From Candidatus Jordarchaeales archaeon (lineage in GTDB: Archaea; Asgardarchaeota; Jordiarchaeia; Jordiarchaeales; Freyrarchaeaceae), in NCBI GenBank assembly GCA_038889235.1, contig JAWAHN010000001.1, forward strand, positions 814,852 to 846,851: a stretch of DNA of 32,000 nt, read 5' to 3'. The position numbers and the translations under genes are program-made. The notes below the pieces were generated by a model. It was not told the DNA's origin. It saw nothing but the letters and a program-made list of their open reading frames with translations, and made no database searches. Shown here piece by piece: positions 9,767 through 18,825 of the stretch. Each line of letters begins with the position of its first letter. Positions within the stretch are counted from its first letter, which is position 1.

Positions 9767-10540
9767 ATGGGTAAGATGGGGCAAAGTAGGCATCTTAAAC
9801 GGATGGCTGCTCCAGGAAGCTGGCGCATTCCCCGAAAAGGGACAACATGGGTGGTTAAACCCAGTCCAGGGCCGCATCCTATTGAAGATTCGATCCCATT
9901 ACTAATCCTAGTGCGCGACCTATTGAAGATAGCGGATAACATGAGGGAGGCAAAGAAAATCATAAAGAGTGGACACATTAAGGTGGATGGAGTTGTCAGA
10001 AAAGACCACAAGTTTCCTGTTGGCTTAATGGATGTTGTAGAAATCCCCTTAATAGATAAGGCATATAGGGTGCTTCCTTCGAAAAAGTGGTTCACATTAG
10101 TTCAAATAGATGCTAGAGAGGCAGAATTCAAGCTTTGTCAAATAAGGAATATAATAACAGTCAAGGGTGGAAACATACAGTTAGCGCTACATGATGGTAG
10201 GAACATATTGCTGCCTGTAGAGAACCCCAAAATTTCGCCTCACGAAGTTTACCCTTACAACACAAGAGATACGATAAAAATACTATTAGAAAACCAGGAA
10301 ATAGTTGATCATGTGCCCTTTAAGGAAGGGGCGTACTCTTTGATAGTTGGAGGAAAAATGAGGGGCGGGCAAGGGGAAATAGTCGAAATAAGGAGGAGAA
10401 TTGGTCGAAGAGCAAGCACAGCGATTGTCAAGTGTGATGGTAATTTTGTTGAGACGCTATTAGACTACGTGTTCCCAGTGGGTTTAACACAGCCTCTAAT
10501 TAAATTGCCAGGCGTGGAGGAATCAACATGGAGCAGTTAA
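9767..10540 (+). CDS. rps4e: 30S ribosomal protein S4e (eS4)
   Basis: GQSRHLKRMAAPGSWRIPRKGTTWVVKPSPGPH...GHIKVDGVVRKDHKFPVGLMDVV. Confidence 0.95.
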   Translation: MGKMGQSRHLKRMAAPGSWRIPRKGTTWVVKPSPGPHPIEDSIPLLILVRDLLKIADNMREAKKIIKSGHIKVDGVVRKDHKFPVGLMDVVEIPLIDKAYRVLPSKKWFTLVQIDAREAEFKLCQIRNIITVKGGNIQLALHDGRNILLPVENPKISPHEVYPYNTRDTIKILLENQEIVDHVPFKEGAYSLIVGGKMRGGQGEIVEIRRRIGRRASTAIVKCDGNFVETLLDYVFPVGLTQPLIKLPGVEESTWSS

Positions 10541-11094
10541 ACGAAGAAGCCATAGAGGAAAAGTGGAAGAAAAACCCCATGTACAAACCTTACATAGCAA
10601 AGGTTGTAGTAAACATAGGTGTTGGAACAAGTGGCGAAAAACTTGTAAAAGCCATGAAGGTGTTAGAAAATCTAACAGGGCAGAAGCCGGTCGAGTGCAG
10701 AGCTAAGAAAACTATAAGGGAATTTGGAATTAGAAGGCGTGAACCCATAGGATGTAAAGTAACTCTTAGAAAAGAAGCGGCAAGAATTTTCCTAGAAAAA
10801 GTGTTAGATGCCGTGGACAGAACGATAAACCCAGATTCATTTGATAAATATGGCAATGTGTCGTTCGGTATACGCGAGCACATAGACATACCGGGAACAA
10901 AGTACGACCCTGAGCTTGGAGTTTTCGGCATGGATGTATGCATTTCGTTTGAAAGACCAGGGTACCGTGTTAGTAGGAGAAAGAGAAAGAAAGCGAAAAT
11001 TCCGTTGAGACAAAGGGTTACTAAAGAAGAAGCTATGTTAATACTAAAAAAGGAATTTAATGTTAAGTTTGGAGAAAGAGCTAAGAAGTGGTGA
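10528..11094 (+). CDS. rpl5: 50S ribosomal protein L5 (uL5)
   Basis: NPMYKPYIAKVVVNIGVG...GQKPVECRAKKTIREFGIRRREPIGCKVTLR...FGMDVCISFERPGYRV. Confidence 0.95.
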   Translation: MEQLNEEAIEEKWKKNPMYKPYIAKVVVNIGVGTSGEKLVKAMKVLENLTGQKPVECRAKKTIREFGIRRREPIGCKVTLRKEAARIFLEKVLDAVDRTINPDSFDKYGNVSFGIREHIDIPGTKYDPELGVFGMDVCISFERPGYRVSRRKRKKAKIPLRQRVTKEEAMLILKKEFNVKFGERAKKW

Positions 11095-11109
11095 AGGGGG
11101 GGTTCAAAC

Positions 11110-11256
11110 GTGGGAACAAGGAAGTTTGGTAAGGGAAGCCGCGTATGTCGTAATTGTGGAACCCATAGAGGAATAATTAGACGCTACGGATTAATGATCT
11201 GCCGCAGGTGCTTTAGAGAGAAAGCGGCGAAGATGGGGTTCAAAAAGTATAACTAG
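11110..11256 (+). CDS. rps14: 30S ribosomal protein S14 (uS14, zinc-ribbon type)
   Basis: Below the ORF-track size cut-off, so this is my own translation from GTG 11110: [50 protein letters not shown] aggggggg lies at 11095. Confidence 0.9.
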   Translation: MGTRKFGKGSRVCRNCGTHRGIIRRYGLMICRRCFREKAAKMGFKKYN

Positions 11257-11267
11257 GAGGGAAATTT

Positions 11268-11657
11268 ATGTTATTAGACCCACTAGCGGATGCATTATCG
11301 AACATTATGAACAATGAAAGAGTAGGCAAGAAAGAAGTAATAATCAGGATAGCATCGAAGCTTGTTGGCAACGTGTTACGCGTTATGCAAAAATATGGAT
11401 ATATAGGTGAATTTGAGCACATAGATGATGGAAGAGCGGGAAAGTTTAGAGTGCAACTCTTAGGGAGAATAAACAAGTGTGGTGTCATTAAACCAAGATT
11501 CCCGGTAAAACTCAAAGAAATCGACCTGGCGGAAAGAAGATACCTTCCAGGGCAGGGTATAGGAATTTTGATATTAACGACTTCTCAAGGAGTAATGTCG
11601 CACTATGAAGCAAAAGAAAAGGGAATCGGTGGGCGGCTTCTAGCCTACGTCTACTAA
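11268..11657 (+). CDS. rps8: 30S ribosomal protein S8 (uS8)
   Basis: [21 protein letters not shown]...[17 protein letters not shown]...[28 protein letters not shown]. Confidence 0.95.
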   Translation: MLLDPLADALSNIMNNERVGKKEVIIRIASKLVGNVLRVMQKYGYIGEFEHIDDGRAGKFRVQLLGRINKCGVIKPRFPVKLKEIDLAERRYLPGQGIGILILTTSQGVMSHYEAKEKGIGGRLLAYVY

Positions 11658-11719
11658 CCTGCCCTCCTTCCTTTATGTTTCCTGTTTCACGCCTTTAATA
11701 AGTAAAAATTTATCGTGTA

Positions 11720-12295
11720 TTATAGGATCTTCCATACGAGTTTATCTCCAACATATTTGCGGTAAACATATATGCCGTCTTGGAAGACTCTTGGATCCTT
11801 TTCTCTGATTTTTGTTGCTTGTTGTATATTTGCAGCGCTTTGCCCCACAGCCTCAATGTCTATACCTGTTAATATTACGTCGTCTTTTTCTACTTTGACA
11901 TTTACTCCTGGAAGAACGTAAGTTTTCCTAGGACTTTTTTCGCCTAGGAAGTTTTCTATGATCACTTCTCTAGACTCTGGAACAAATTTTACACTAATTG
12001 GGAAGTGTGCATAGACAATTTTCATAACATACTTGTAACCTTGCGTCACACCTACGATCATATTCTTAATATGACTTCTCACACTGCCTAGAACAGCCAA
12101 CTGCTTCTTTTTTGGATAATAGGCTTCCAAAACGATTTTATTATCTTCTTTTCTTATGGAAATCCCTCTTGCATGTGAAAAATCCTTTTCCAGCTCACCT
12201 AGAGGGCCCTTGACACGCACTTTCATGCCATCAATGTCCACGTTTACATTGTCAGGAATTTTAACTTCGAGAGCTGCATGGAACGTCTTGACCAT
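11720..12295 (-). CDS. rpl6: 50S ribosomal protein L6 (uL6), inverted relative to the rest of the cluster
   Basis: 191 aa on the minus strand. VKIPDNVNVDIDGMKVRVKGPLGELEKDF...GVTQGYKYVMKIVYAHFPISV...IENFLGEKSPR...GIDIEAVGQSAANI. Confidence 0.93.
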   Translation of the reverse strand: MVKTFHAALEVKIPDNVNVDIDGMKVRVKGPLGELEKDFSHARGISIRKEDNKIVLEAYYPKKKQLAVLGSVRSHIKNMIVGVTQGYKYVMKIVYAHFPISVKFVPESREVIIENFLGEKSPRKTYVLPGVNVKVEKDDVILTGIDIEAVGQSAANIQQATKIREKDPRVFQDGIYVYRKYVGDKLVWKIL

Positions 12296-12347
12296 TGTTT
12301 ACCCTTCCCTCGAATTATTGCTTCAGACTGGATGGAAAATAAGGGGC

Positions 12348-12360
12348 TTTAAATTTATTT
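12348..12360 (-). promoter_or_regulatory. possible own TATA box for the inverted rpl6
   Basis: The minus-sense sequence aaataaatttaaa lies 53-65 nt upstream of the rpl6 ATG, with SD-like gagggaagggt just before the ATG. Confidence 0.25.
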
Positions 12361-12382
12361 CGCAGCAGACTACTTCAAATTA

Positions 12383-12964
12383 TCACTTTTTAATACGTTC
12401 ACTCCACTCCTCAAGCTTGCGCATTAGTTCTTCAGCAGTCTTAATGTCTAATTTCGCTTGCCCGCTCATCCTTAATTGCTTAATGAACTGTGAAATCTCG
12501 TAAAATATTGGACCGTGAACCCTTGATTGCAACTGATCTCTAGCAACCTCCAGCGCATTTGCTATAGCCTCGGCAGGCTGATTTCTTTCGACGAGCTCGA
12601 CAACTTGCGAAAAGGCAGGGGAAAGGCGTACACCGAAACTTTTAACGGTTATCTCCCTTTCAACTGGCAGAGTGGGTTGAACGGGAGCAATCCCTTTTTT
12701 AGCAGAAACGAGTTCTTCAAACCTGCCCCCAGAAAGTTCTTCGAGACGTTTTACCACACTCAAAGCTTCGTCCATTTTCGTGATTAAGACGGACATGCCA
12801 CCAAGCGCTCTGTATATTTCATTCAGCATGCTTCTGAGCTCGTTTAACACCGTTTTTATTTCACCGAATACGCCAAATATCGCTCTTGAAAAGTCGTCGA
12901 GAACTATTTTAACAGCAGATATCTCCTCCAAGACTTTTTCAAATTTCTTATCCATTTCCCCCAA
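12383..12964 (-). CDS. hypothetical alpha-helical protein inserted between rpl6 and rpl32e
   Basis: 193-aa ORF with strong helical/heptad-like composition (EEISAVKIVLDD..., LNELRSMLNEIYRAL, AEELMRKLEEWSERIKK). I recognise no family. Confidence 0.5.
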   Translation of the reverse strand: MGEMDKKFEKVLEEISAVKIVLDDFSRAIFGVFGEIKTVLNELRSMLNEIYRALGGMSVLITKMDEALSVVKRLEELSGGRFEELVSAKKGIAPVQPTLPVEREITVKSFGVRLSPAFSQVVELVERNQPAEAIANALEVARDQLQSRVHGPIFYEISQFIKQLRMSGQAKLDIKTAEELMRKLEEWSERIKK

Positions 12965-13144
12965 AGGGAAATCCCTCCGGAAATTAAATTAGTACTCCAA
13001 AGTTGGTGGAGAATATAGTATCAAAATTTTATCACTAGACACATATAAAATGTTTCCCCAAGCATTCGTTGTCGACGTCGCGATCAAAACCAGAAGAAAA
13101 ATTTAAATTTCAAAGGTTTGTTGGTAATTTGCCGAGACATTTTC

Positions 13145-13155
13145 TTAAAATATAA
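13145..13155 (+). promoter_or_regulatory. TATA-like box for the rpl32e-to-secY transcription unit
   Basis: ttaaaatataa ends about 35 nt upstream of GTG 13190, consistent with a short leader or a leaderless transcript. Confidence 0.35.
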
Positions 13156-13189
13156 CCTCTCGTATCAGGTAGCGATCACATAGTCCCTA

Positions 13190-13849
13190 GTGGTGGGAAA
13201 GACTTTGGTGGAGAAACGACTCTTAATGCTTAGGAAGAGATTGAAAATGAAGAAACCAGACTTTATTAGGTGCGAGAGCTGGAGGTACGTCAGGGTAAAA
13301 CCGAATTGGAGAAGGCCACGTGGAATAGATAATAAAATGAGGGAGAAAGAAAAAGGGTGGCCGAAGTCACCTAATGTAGGATATCGAGCGCCCAGAAAGG
13401 TTAGAGGACTTCACCCATCAGGCTTTAAAGAGGTTATTGTGTGGAGAGCAGAAGATTTAGAAAAGTTGGATCCTAACATTCATGCTATAAGAATTGCTGG
13501 TACTGTAGGTAGGAGAAAAGCTCTTGAAATAATGGATAAGGCTGAAGAAAGGGGCTTTTGGGTTCTTAACCCCAGAATAGTTAGAGAGGAAATTGAAAAA
13601 GAGATCTTAGAAGAAACCATAGAAAAAACAGAAGAAGTTGTCCACGAAGAAGGGACGCGTCTATCCGAAGTCGAGTGGATCGACAAGGAGAGCGCAAAGA
13701 AGTTGGAAGAAGTTGGCGTTTTTACACTTGAAGCGCTCGCCGATGAAGATAATCCAAGGGAGCTTTCTGAAATAACGGGAATAGCTTTAGAGAAACTTGA
13801 GGAATGGATTAAAAGAGCTAGAGAGGAATGTAAGGAGGAAAAGAAATGA
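13190..13849 (+). CDS. rpl32e: 50S ribosomal protein L32e (eL32) with a C-terminal helix-hairpin-helix extension
   Basis: The core is KKPDFIRCESWRYVRVKPNWRRPRGIDNKMR...GYRAPRKVRGLHPSGF...IRIAGTVGRRK. After about aa 135 there is an acidic linker, then LSEVEWIDKESAKKLEEVGVFTLEALADEDNPRELSEITGIALEKLEEWIKRA (HhH-like). Confidence 0.88.
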   Translation: MVGKTLVEKRLLMLRKRLKMKKPDFIRCESWRYVRVKPNWRRPRGIDNKMREKEKGWPKSPNVGYRAPRKVRGLHPSGFKEVIVWRAEDLEKLDPNIHAIRIAGTVGRRKALEIMDKAEERGFWVLNPRIVREEIEKEILEETIEKTEEVVHEEGTRLSEVEWIDKESAKKLEEVGVFTLEALADEDNPRELSEITGIALEKLEEWIKRAREECKEEKK

Positions 13850-14295
13850 ACTTGACTGTTCAGCGAAGGCTTGCAGCTGAGATACTTAACGTCGGAGAAA
13901 ATAGGGTTTGGTTCGACCCCGAAAGGCTTGAGGAGATTTCTGCTGCAGTTACACGTGAGGACATACGCAACTTGATAAAGCAGGGAGCCATAAAGGCTAA
14001 ACCGAAAGAGGGAATCAGTAGGGCTAGAGCCAGAGAGTTAAAAGAGAAGAAGAAAAAGGGAAGACGCAGGGGTCCGGGAAGTAGGAAGGGGAAAGCCACG
14101 GCACACATGTCAAGGAAGGAAAAGTGGATGATAAAGATTAGAGCAATAAGAAAATATCTCAGGAGTTTGAGAGCGCGCCGTATAATAACTCAAAGCACTT
14201 ACAGGAAACTTTACAGATTGGCAAAAGGTGGTATGTTCGACAGCGTCGCTTACTTGAAGAGTTACATTAAAGAGAAAAAGCTAGCGAGAAAATAG
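13846..14295 (+). CDS. rpl19e: 50S ribosomal protein L19e (eL19)
   Basis: LTVQRRLAAEILNVGENRVWFDPERL...GRRRGPGSRKGK. ATGA overlap with rpl32e. Confidence 0.95.
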   Translation: MNLTVQRRLAAEILNVGENRVWFDPERLEEISAAVTREDIRNLIKQGAIKAKPKEGISRARARELKEKKKKGRRRGPGSRKGKATAHMSRKEKWMIKIRAIRKYLRSLRARRIITQSTYRKLYRLAKGGMFDSVAYLKSYIKEKKLARK

Positions 14296-14316
14296 CCAAA
14301 GCGGTGGGATGATCTT

Positions 14317-14913
14317 ATGGCAAAAGGAGCACGCTACAGAATTCCTTTCAGAAGGAGACGTGAAGGGAAAACAAATTATAGGCGTAGGAGGAAACTCGTT
14401 ATTTCAGGTAGGTTGAGACTTGTGGTTCGAGGGAGCCTTAACAATTTCTCAGCTCAACTAGTAGAGCCGAAATTTGGTGGAGATAAAACTTTAGTTTCAG
14501 CGCACTCCAGGGAACTAGTCAAGAAATACGGCTGGAAAGGCCATTGTGGAAATGTGCCCACCGCTTACCTTACAGGCTTTCTCCTGGCGCTAAAAGCTAA
14601 GAAAGCAGGATTTAGAGACGCCATACTTGATATCGGATTACATACCCCGTCCAAAGGATGCCGCGTCTTCGCAGCTCTTAAAGGAGCCCTAGATGGAGGA
14701 CTAGAAATACCCCATGGAGAAGAGATATTTCCAAGTGAGGAAAGAATTAGAGGAGAACACATAGCCGAGTATGCTAGGAAACTTTTAGAAGAAAACCCGG
14801 AACTTTACGCTAAACAGTTTTCTGCTCAAATAAAGCGAGGGGTTAGGCCGGAAAATCTACCCGAACACTTCGACGAAGTTAAAGAAGCAATAGTCAAGGA
14901 ATTTGGAGGTTAA
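14317..14913 (+). CDS. rpl18: 50S ribosomal protein L18 (uL18)
   Basis: [23 protein letters not shown]...[16 protein letters not shown]...[14 protein letters not shown]. Confidence 0.95.
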   Translation: MAKGARYRIPFRRRREGKTNYRRRRKLVISGRLRLVVRGSLNNFSAQLVEPKFGGDKTLVSAHSRELVKKYGWKGHCGNVPTAYLTGFLLALKAKKAGFRDAILDIGLHTPSKGCRVFAALKGALDGGLEIPHGEEIFPSEERIRGEHIAEYARKLLEENPELYAKQFSAQIKRGVRPENLPEHFDEVKEAIVKEFGG

Positions 14914-14916
14914 ATC

Positions 14917-15546
14917 ATGGGAATAGAAGACGAGTTGGAAGCGTGGAAGCCGAAAACTGAGCTAGGAAAAATGGTTAAAGAAGGGTACATTACCAGCATC
15001 GATGAAATTTTCGCGCAGGGACTTAGAATAAAGGAACCTCAGATAGTAGATTTGCTCCTTCCAGATTTGGAGGATGAAGTTGTAGGGGTGAGTCTTGTAC
15101 AGAAACAGACAGATGCAGGGGAAAGAACAAGGTTTAAAGCGATAGTTGCTGTAGGTAACAAGAAAGGATATGTTGGACTAGGCACAGCTAAAGCCGCAGA
15201 GATAGGACCAGCAATAAGGAAAGCTATGATTGACGCGAAGATGAATGTGACCCCCGTAAGACTTGCATGTGGAAGCTGGGAGTGCGGTTGCGGAACCCCG
15301 CACACTTTACCATTTAAAGTGGAGGGCAAGGCTGGAAGTGTTAGAATAAAACTGATACCCGCCCCGCGTGGCCTCGGACTAGTGACGTCAGATGTTGCGA
15401 AAATAGTTCTGAGATTGGCGGGCGTAAAGGACGTGTGGTCGTTTTCTAGGGGACACACAAAAACCACGTTGAACATGGCATATGCCACGTTCAACGCACT
15501 CAAACAAACCATGAAGATACTTACTCCGAAGGATTGGGGGCGTTAA
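14917..15546 (+). CDS. rps5: 30S ribosomal protein S5 (uS5)
   Basis: [14 protein letters not shown]...[32 protein letters not shown]...[10 protein letters not shown]. Confidence 0.95.
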   Translation: MGIEDELEAWKPKTELGKMVKEGYITSIDEIFAQGLRIKEPQIVDLLLPDLEDEVVGVSLVQKQTDAGERTRFKAIVAVGNKKGYVGLGTAKAAEIGPAIRKAMIDAKMNVTPVRLACGSWECGCGTPHTLPFKVEGKAGSVRIKLIPAPRGLGLVTSDVAKIVLRLAGVKDVWSFSRGHTKTTLNMAYATFNALKQTMKILTPKDWGR

Positions 15547-15549
15547 GCT

Positions 15550-16029
15550 TTGAGTAACAAAAATTTGCTTGTCGTAATAAGGATAAGGGGAGACGTAGGT
15601 GTCAGAAAAGAGATACGCGACACGCTGAAAATGTTAAGATTGCACAAGGTGAACCACGCGATAATAGTTCCAAAAACTCCAAGCTTTCAGGGAATGCTTC
15701 AAAAGGTTAAGGATTACGTGACATGGGGCGAGATAAGTAAGGAAACATTAGCCCTCCTTCTTAGGAAAAGAGGGAGACTTGAGGGTGATAATCCTCTAAC
15801 CGACGAGTTTCTTGCAAAAAACTTGGGAATTAATTCCATAGACGAGTTAGCTGGGAAGATCTACAATGGAGAAATTAAACTAAGCGATGTTCCAAAGCTT
15901 AAGCCAGTTTTCAGACTACACCCCCCAAAAGGCGGGTTTAAGAGAAAGAAGAAGAGGCCGTTCGCAGATGGAGGAGAACTTGGATACAGGGGGGAAAATA
16001 TAAACAAGTTAATCGAGAGAATGGTCTAA
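15550..16029 (+). CDS. rpl30: 50S ribosomal protein L30 (uL30)
   Basis: TTG start. [35 protein letters not shown]. Confidence 0.92.
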   Translation: MSNKNLLVVIRIRGDVGVRKEIRDTLKMLRLHKVNHAIIVPKTPSFQGMLQKVKDYVTWGEISKETLALLLRKRGRLEGDNPLTDEFLAKNLGINSIDELAGKIYNGEIKLSDVPKLKPVFRLHPPKGGFKRKKKRPFADGGELGYRGENINKLIERMV

Positions 16030-16045
16030 CTGGAGGTTTGGCGAG

Positions 16046-16468
16046 TTGATTAGAAGAAGGAAGAAGTCACGGAAAATGAGAGGAAGTAGGACGCATGGAT
16101 ACGGCCGAGTAGGGCAGCACAGAGGAAGTGGGCAACGAGGTGGCAAGGGACGTGCAGGAAGACACAAACACTTTTGGATATGGGTTTTGAAGTATGCGAG
16201 AGACTACTTTGGGAAGCGCGGTTTTAAGAGGAAAGGAGTACAGAGAGAGTGGGTGATGTTAAATGTGAGTGACATAGAGGAAAAACTGGAAGTTCTTAAA
16301 ACAGGGGAGGAAAATGGTGTTCCACTAGTGGACCTTACCAGGATAGGCTATGTTAAAGTCCTTGGCACCGGGAAAGTAACCAAGCCAATAGTGGTGATGG
16401 CGCATGCTTTCAGTGAAGAGGCTGTGAGAAAAATAGAAGAAGCTGGAGGAAAGGCAATAAAAATTTGA
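16046..16468 (+). CDS. rpl15: 50S ribosomal protein L15 (uL15)
   Basis: TTG start. RKMRGSRTHGYGRVGQHRGSGQRGGKGRAG. Confidence 0.93.
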   Translation: MIRRRKKSRKMRGSRTHGYGRVGQHRGSGQRGGKGRAGRHKHFWIWVLKYARDYFGKRGFKRKGVQREWVMLNVSDIEEKLEVLKTGEENGVPLVDLTRIGYVKVLGTGKVTKPIVVMAHAFSEEAVRKIEEAGGKAIKI

Positions 16469-16533
16469 GATATTTATTACTGATAAGCTAGAGGGGAACT
16501 TTAATTCCCATCATTTCCTCTCGGTGAAGCCCT

Positions 16534-18189
16534 ATGACGAGCACTTTTTTAAAATCTTTTAAACCGCTAATCCGCTTAATGCCAGAAGTCAAACCTCCAG
16601 AGCGGAGGGTTAGTTTTAGAGAAAAACTGGTGTGGACAGGGGTCATACTTCTTTTATATCTCATAATGGCTAACATTCCCCTTTACGGTGTTCCAAGAGG
16701 GCAAGGGTATGACTACTTGTACTTCCTCAGGCTCATCTTTGCTTCTTCGAGAGGAACATTGATGGAGCTAGGAATAGGGCCTATAGTAACAGCCGGCCTT
16801 ATCATGCAGCTACTTGCAGGCTCTAAATTGATTGATGTCGACTTCTCTAATCCAGAGGATAGGGCGCTTTTTACCGGGGCGCAAAAAGTTCTCGCAGTTA
16901 TAATGACTATGTTTGAGGCAGCAGTGCTCGTACTTGCTAAGACTTATGGTGACCTGTCAAGTTACCAGGCAACACTGGTTTTTCTCCAGCTAACAATTGC
17001 AGGAATCATCCTTATACTGATGGATGAAACTCTTCAGAAAGGCTGGGGGCTTGGAAGCGGAATAAGCTTGTTTATAGCCGCTAACGTAGCAGGGCAAATT
17101 TTGTGGCTTTCGTTAAATCCAAACATTAGCCCATACGACTACCTTGGAAGCGGAGTATTGGTTGCATTAGTTCAGGTTCTAACGTTTCAGTACTGGCCTG
17201 TTGCTTCAATGTTCTTTTATGTTTTGGGTTCATACCCAACCGTTGAACGGTTTAGTGAAAAAGCTATTACAGCAGCAACTGAAGCGGCAACTTACATGTA
17301 TTACTATATGATATTCAACCCAAACACTGGAATATATTACGTCTTATTTAGACCACACGGCCAACCAAACGTAGTCGGCCTCATAGGCACCTTGATAATA
17401 TTCTTAATAGTCGTTTACATACAGAGCGTGCGGGTCGAAATACCCCTTCAATATGCAAGGTTTAGAGGATTCAGGGGAAGATACCCGATTAAGTTCCTCT
17501 ACGTGTCAGTGATACCAGTAATTTTAGTTCACGCTATAAGCGCAAATATATTACTAATTTCGCAGGCATTATGGTCTAATTACGGCTATGTTTCGGTAGC
17601 ACAACTCATACCACTTCTCTCTACCTACCTGCCAGATATAAACTGGAGCGGGCTATCGAGCTTAGCTAATATGGGTTGGAATTTCAACCCGATAGTTAAC
17701 CTGATCGGGCAGTATGCTCCTTCAACAACAAATTTAAACCAGCTGACCCCCATAGGGGGCATAGCGTATTACTTCTCGACACCATACGGACTTGAAAATG
17801 TGTTTAGAGACCCGGGGCGGGCGCTAATTTACCTTCTTATCTTTTCATCCCTTTGCGCTGTATTATCATATATCTGGATAGACGTCTCAGGAATGAACGC
17901 AAAAGATGTAGCTAAACAGTTGATAATGGCCGGAATGCAGGTTCCAGGGTTTAGAAGGTCACCAAAGGTGATAGAAAAAATCCTTGAAAGGTATATCCCA
18001 CCAGTCACCGTCCTTGGAGGGTTCACTGTTGGTTTGCTAGCAGCGTTTGCCGACTTTCTTGGCACTTTAGGAACAGGAACAGGGGTTCTACTAACGGTGG
18101 GAATAATTTATAACTACTATGAGTTAATTGCAAAAGAGAGATTGGCAACTATAAGTCCCGCGCTTAGGGGATTGTTGGGATTGGAGTAA
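16534..18189 (+). CDS. secY: preprotein translocase subunit SecY (unusually long, 551 aa)
   Basis: LMELGIGPIVTAGLIMQLL, YPIKFLYVSVIPVIL, GGIAYYFSTPYGL, GTGTGVLLTVGIIYNYYE. Two long loop insertions relative to the roughly 440-470 aa archaeal SecY proteins I recall. Confidence 0.95.
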   Translation: MTSTFLKSFKPLIRLMPEVKPPERRVSFREKLVWTGVILLLYLIMANIPLYGVPRGQGYDYLYFLRLIFASSRGTLMELGIGPIVTAGLIMQLLAGSKLIDVDFSNPEDRALFTGAQKVLAVIMTMFEAAVLVLAKTYGDLSSYQATLVFLQLTIAGIILILMDETLQKGWGLGSGISLFIAANVAGQILWLSLNPNISPYDYLGSGVLVALVQVLTFQYWPVASMFFYVLGSYPTVERFSEKAITAATEAATYMYYYMIFNPNTGIYYVLFRPHGQPNVVGLIGTLIIFLIVVYIQSVRVEIPLQYARFRGFRGRYPIKFLYVSVIPVILVHAISANILLISQALWSNYGYVSVAQLIPLLSTYLPDINWSGLSSLANMGWNFNPIVNLIGQYAPSTTNLNQLTPIGGIAYYFSTPYGLENVFRDPGRALIYLLIFSSLCAVLSYIWIDVSGMNAKDVAKQLIMAGMQVPGFRRSPKVIEKILERYIPPVTVLGGFTVGLLAAFADFLGTLGTGTGVLLTVGIIYNYYELIAKERLATISPALRGLLGLE

Positions 18190-18209
18190 GTACGAGCGGA
18201 GGGTTATTG

Positions 18210-18824
18210 ATGAGTAGAAAAGGGGCTGTTGTAGTGGTTACAGGTGTCCCGGGAGTAGGCAAAACAACTGTGATTGATAACGCCATAGAGGCTGCAAGAA
18301 AAGAGGGGATGAAAATTACTCTGATGAACTACGGCACCGTAATGTTGGAAATAGCGAAGGCAAAAGGGCTCGTCGAAAATAGAGACCAAATGAGAAAACT
18401 GCCCTCAAACATCCAGAGAGAGGTGCAAAAACTCGCAGCGGAGAAAATTGCGGACGCAGCAAAAGAGGGCATAGTTGTTGTTGACACACACATGTTAATT
18501 AATACTCCAGAGGGTTTTCTTCCGGGGATACCAGCATGGGTAGCGGAGAGCCTCAAACCAAATGTGCTAATTCTAATTGAAGCAGATCCCGAAGAGATAA
18601 AAAATAGAAGGAGGGGAGACGAGAGCAGGGAGAGAGATGTACAATCAGTCGAAGAAATCCGCCTGCATCAGGAGATGTGCAGATCAACTGCTGCGGCTTG
18701 CGCAACACTTACAGGCGCCACAATAGTTATTGTGCCAAACCGTGAGGGCAAGGTAAGTGAGGCGGCCGAAAAGATCCTTAAAATTTTTAGAGGAATAGCA
18801 ACGAAGACATCGGAGGGGGGCTAA
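18210..18824 (+). CDS. adkA: archaeal-type adenylate kinase
   Basis: VVVTGVPGVGKTT (P-loop)...NRDQMRKL...VVDTHMLINTPEGFLPG. ATG 18210 lies 8 nt after SD ggaggg. TTG 18207 is the alternative start. Confidence 0.9.
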   Translation: MSRKGAVVVVTGVPGVGKTTVIDNAIEAARKEGMKITLMNYGTVMLEIAKAKGLVENRDQMRKLPSNIQREVQKLAAEKIADAAKEGIVVVDTHMLINTPEGFLPGIPAWVAESLKPNVLILIEADPEEIKNRRRGDESRERDVQSVEEIRLHQEMCRSTAAACATLTGATIVIVPNREGKVSEAAEKILKIFRGIATKTSEGG

Positions 18825-18825
18825 C

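Noticed and set aside
11095-11112. ggggggttcaaacg resembles a tRNA T-arm (GGTTCAAA), and similar ggttcga strings occur at 13909.
   Set aside because: No acceptor, D or anticodon arms can be built around them. They lie in the rpl5/rps14 junction (as an SD) and inside rpl19e. I found no tRNA gene in the window.
11658-13189. A mobile element or inverted repeats could be mediating the rpl6 inversion.
   Set aside because: No transposase or integrase ORF is present. By-eye comparison of the two junctions (11658-11719 and 12965-13189) shows only generic AT-rich similarity (aaaaattta).
15039-15512. Long antisense ORFs overlap strongly supported genes. Examples: 15039-15512(-), 9658-10095(-), 4978-5496(-), 27921-28403(+), 10590-10943(-), 8122-8427(-) and 22083-22442(-).
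   Set aside because: These are shadow ORFs opposite ribosomal or other conserved genes. They have low-complexity Ser/Pro/Leu-rich translations, no recognisable motifs and no independent start context.
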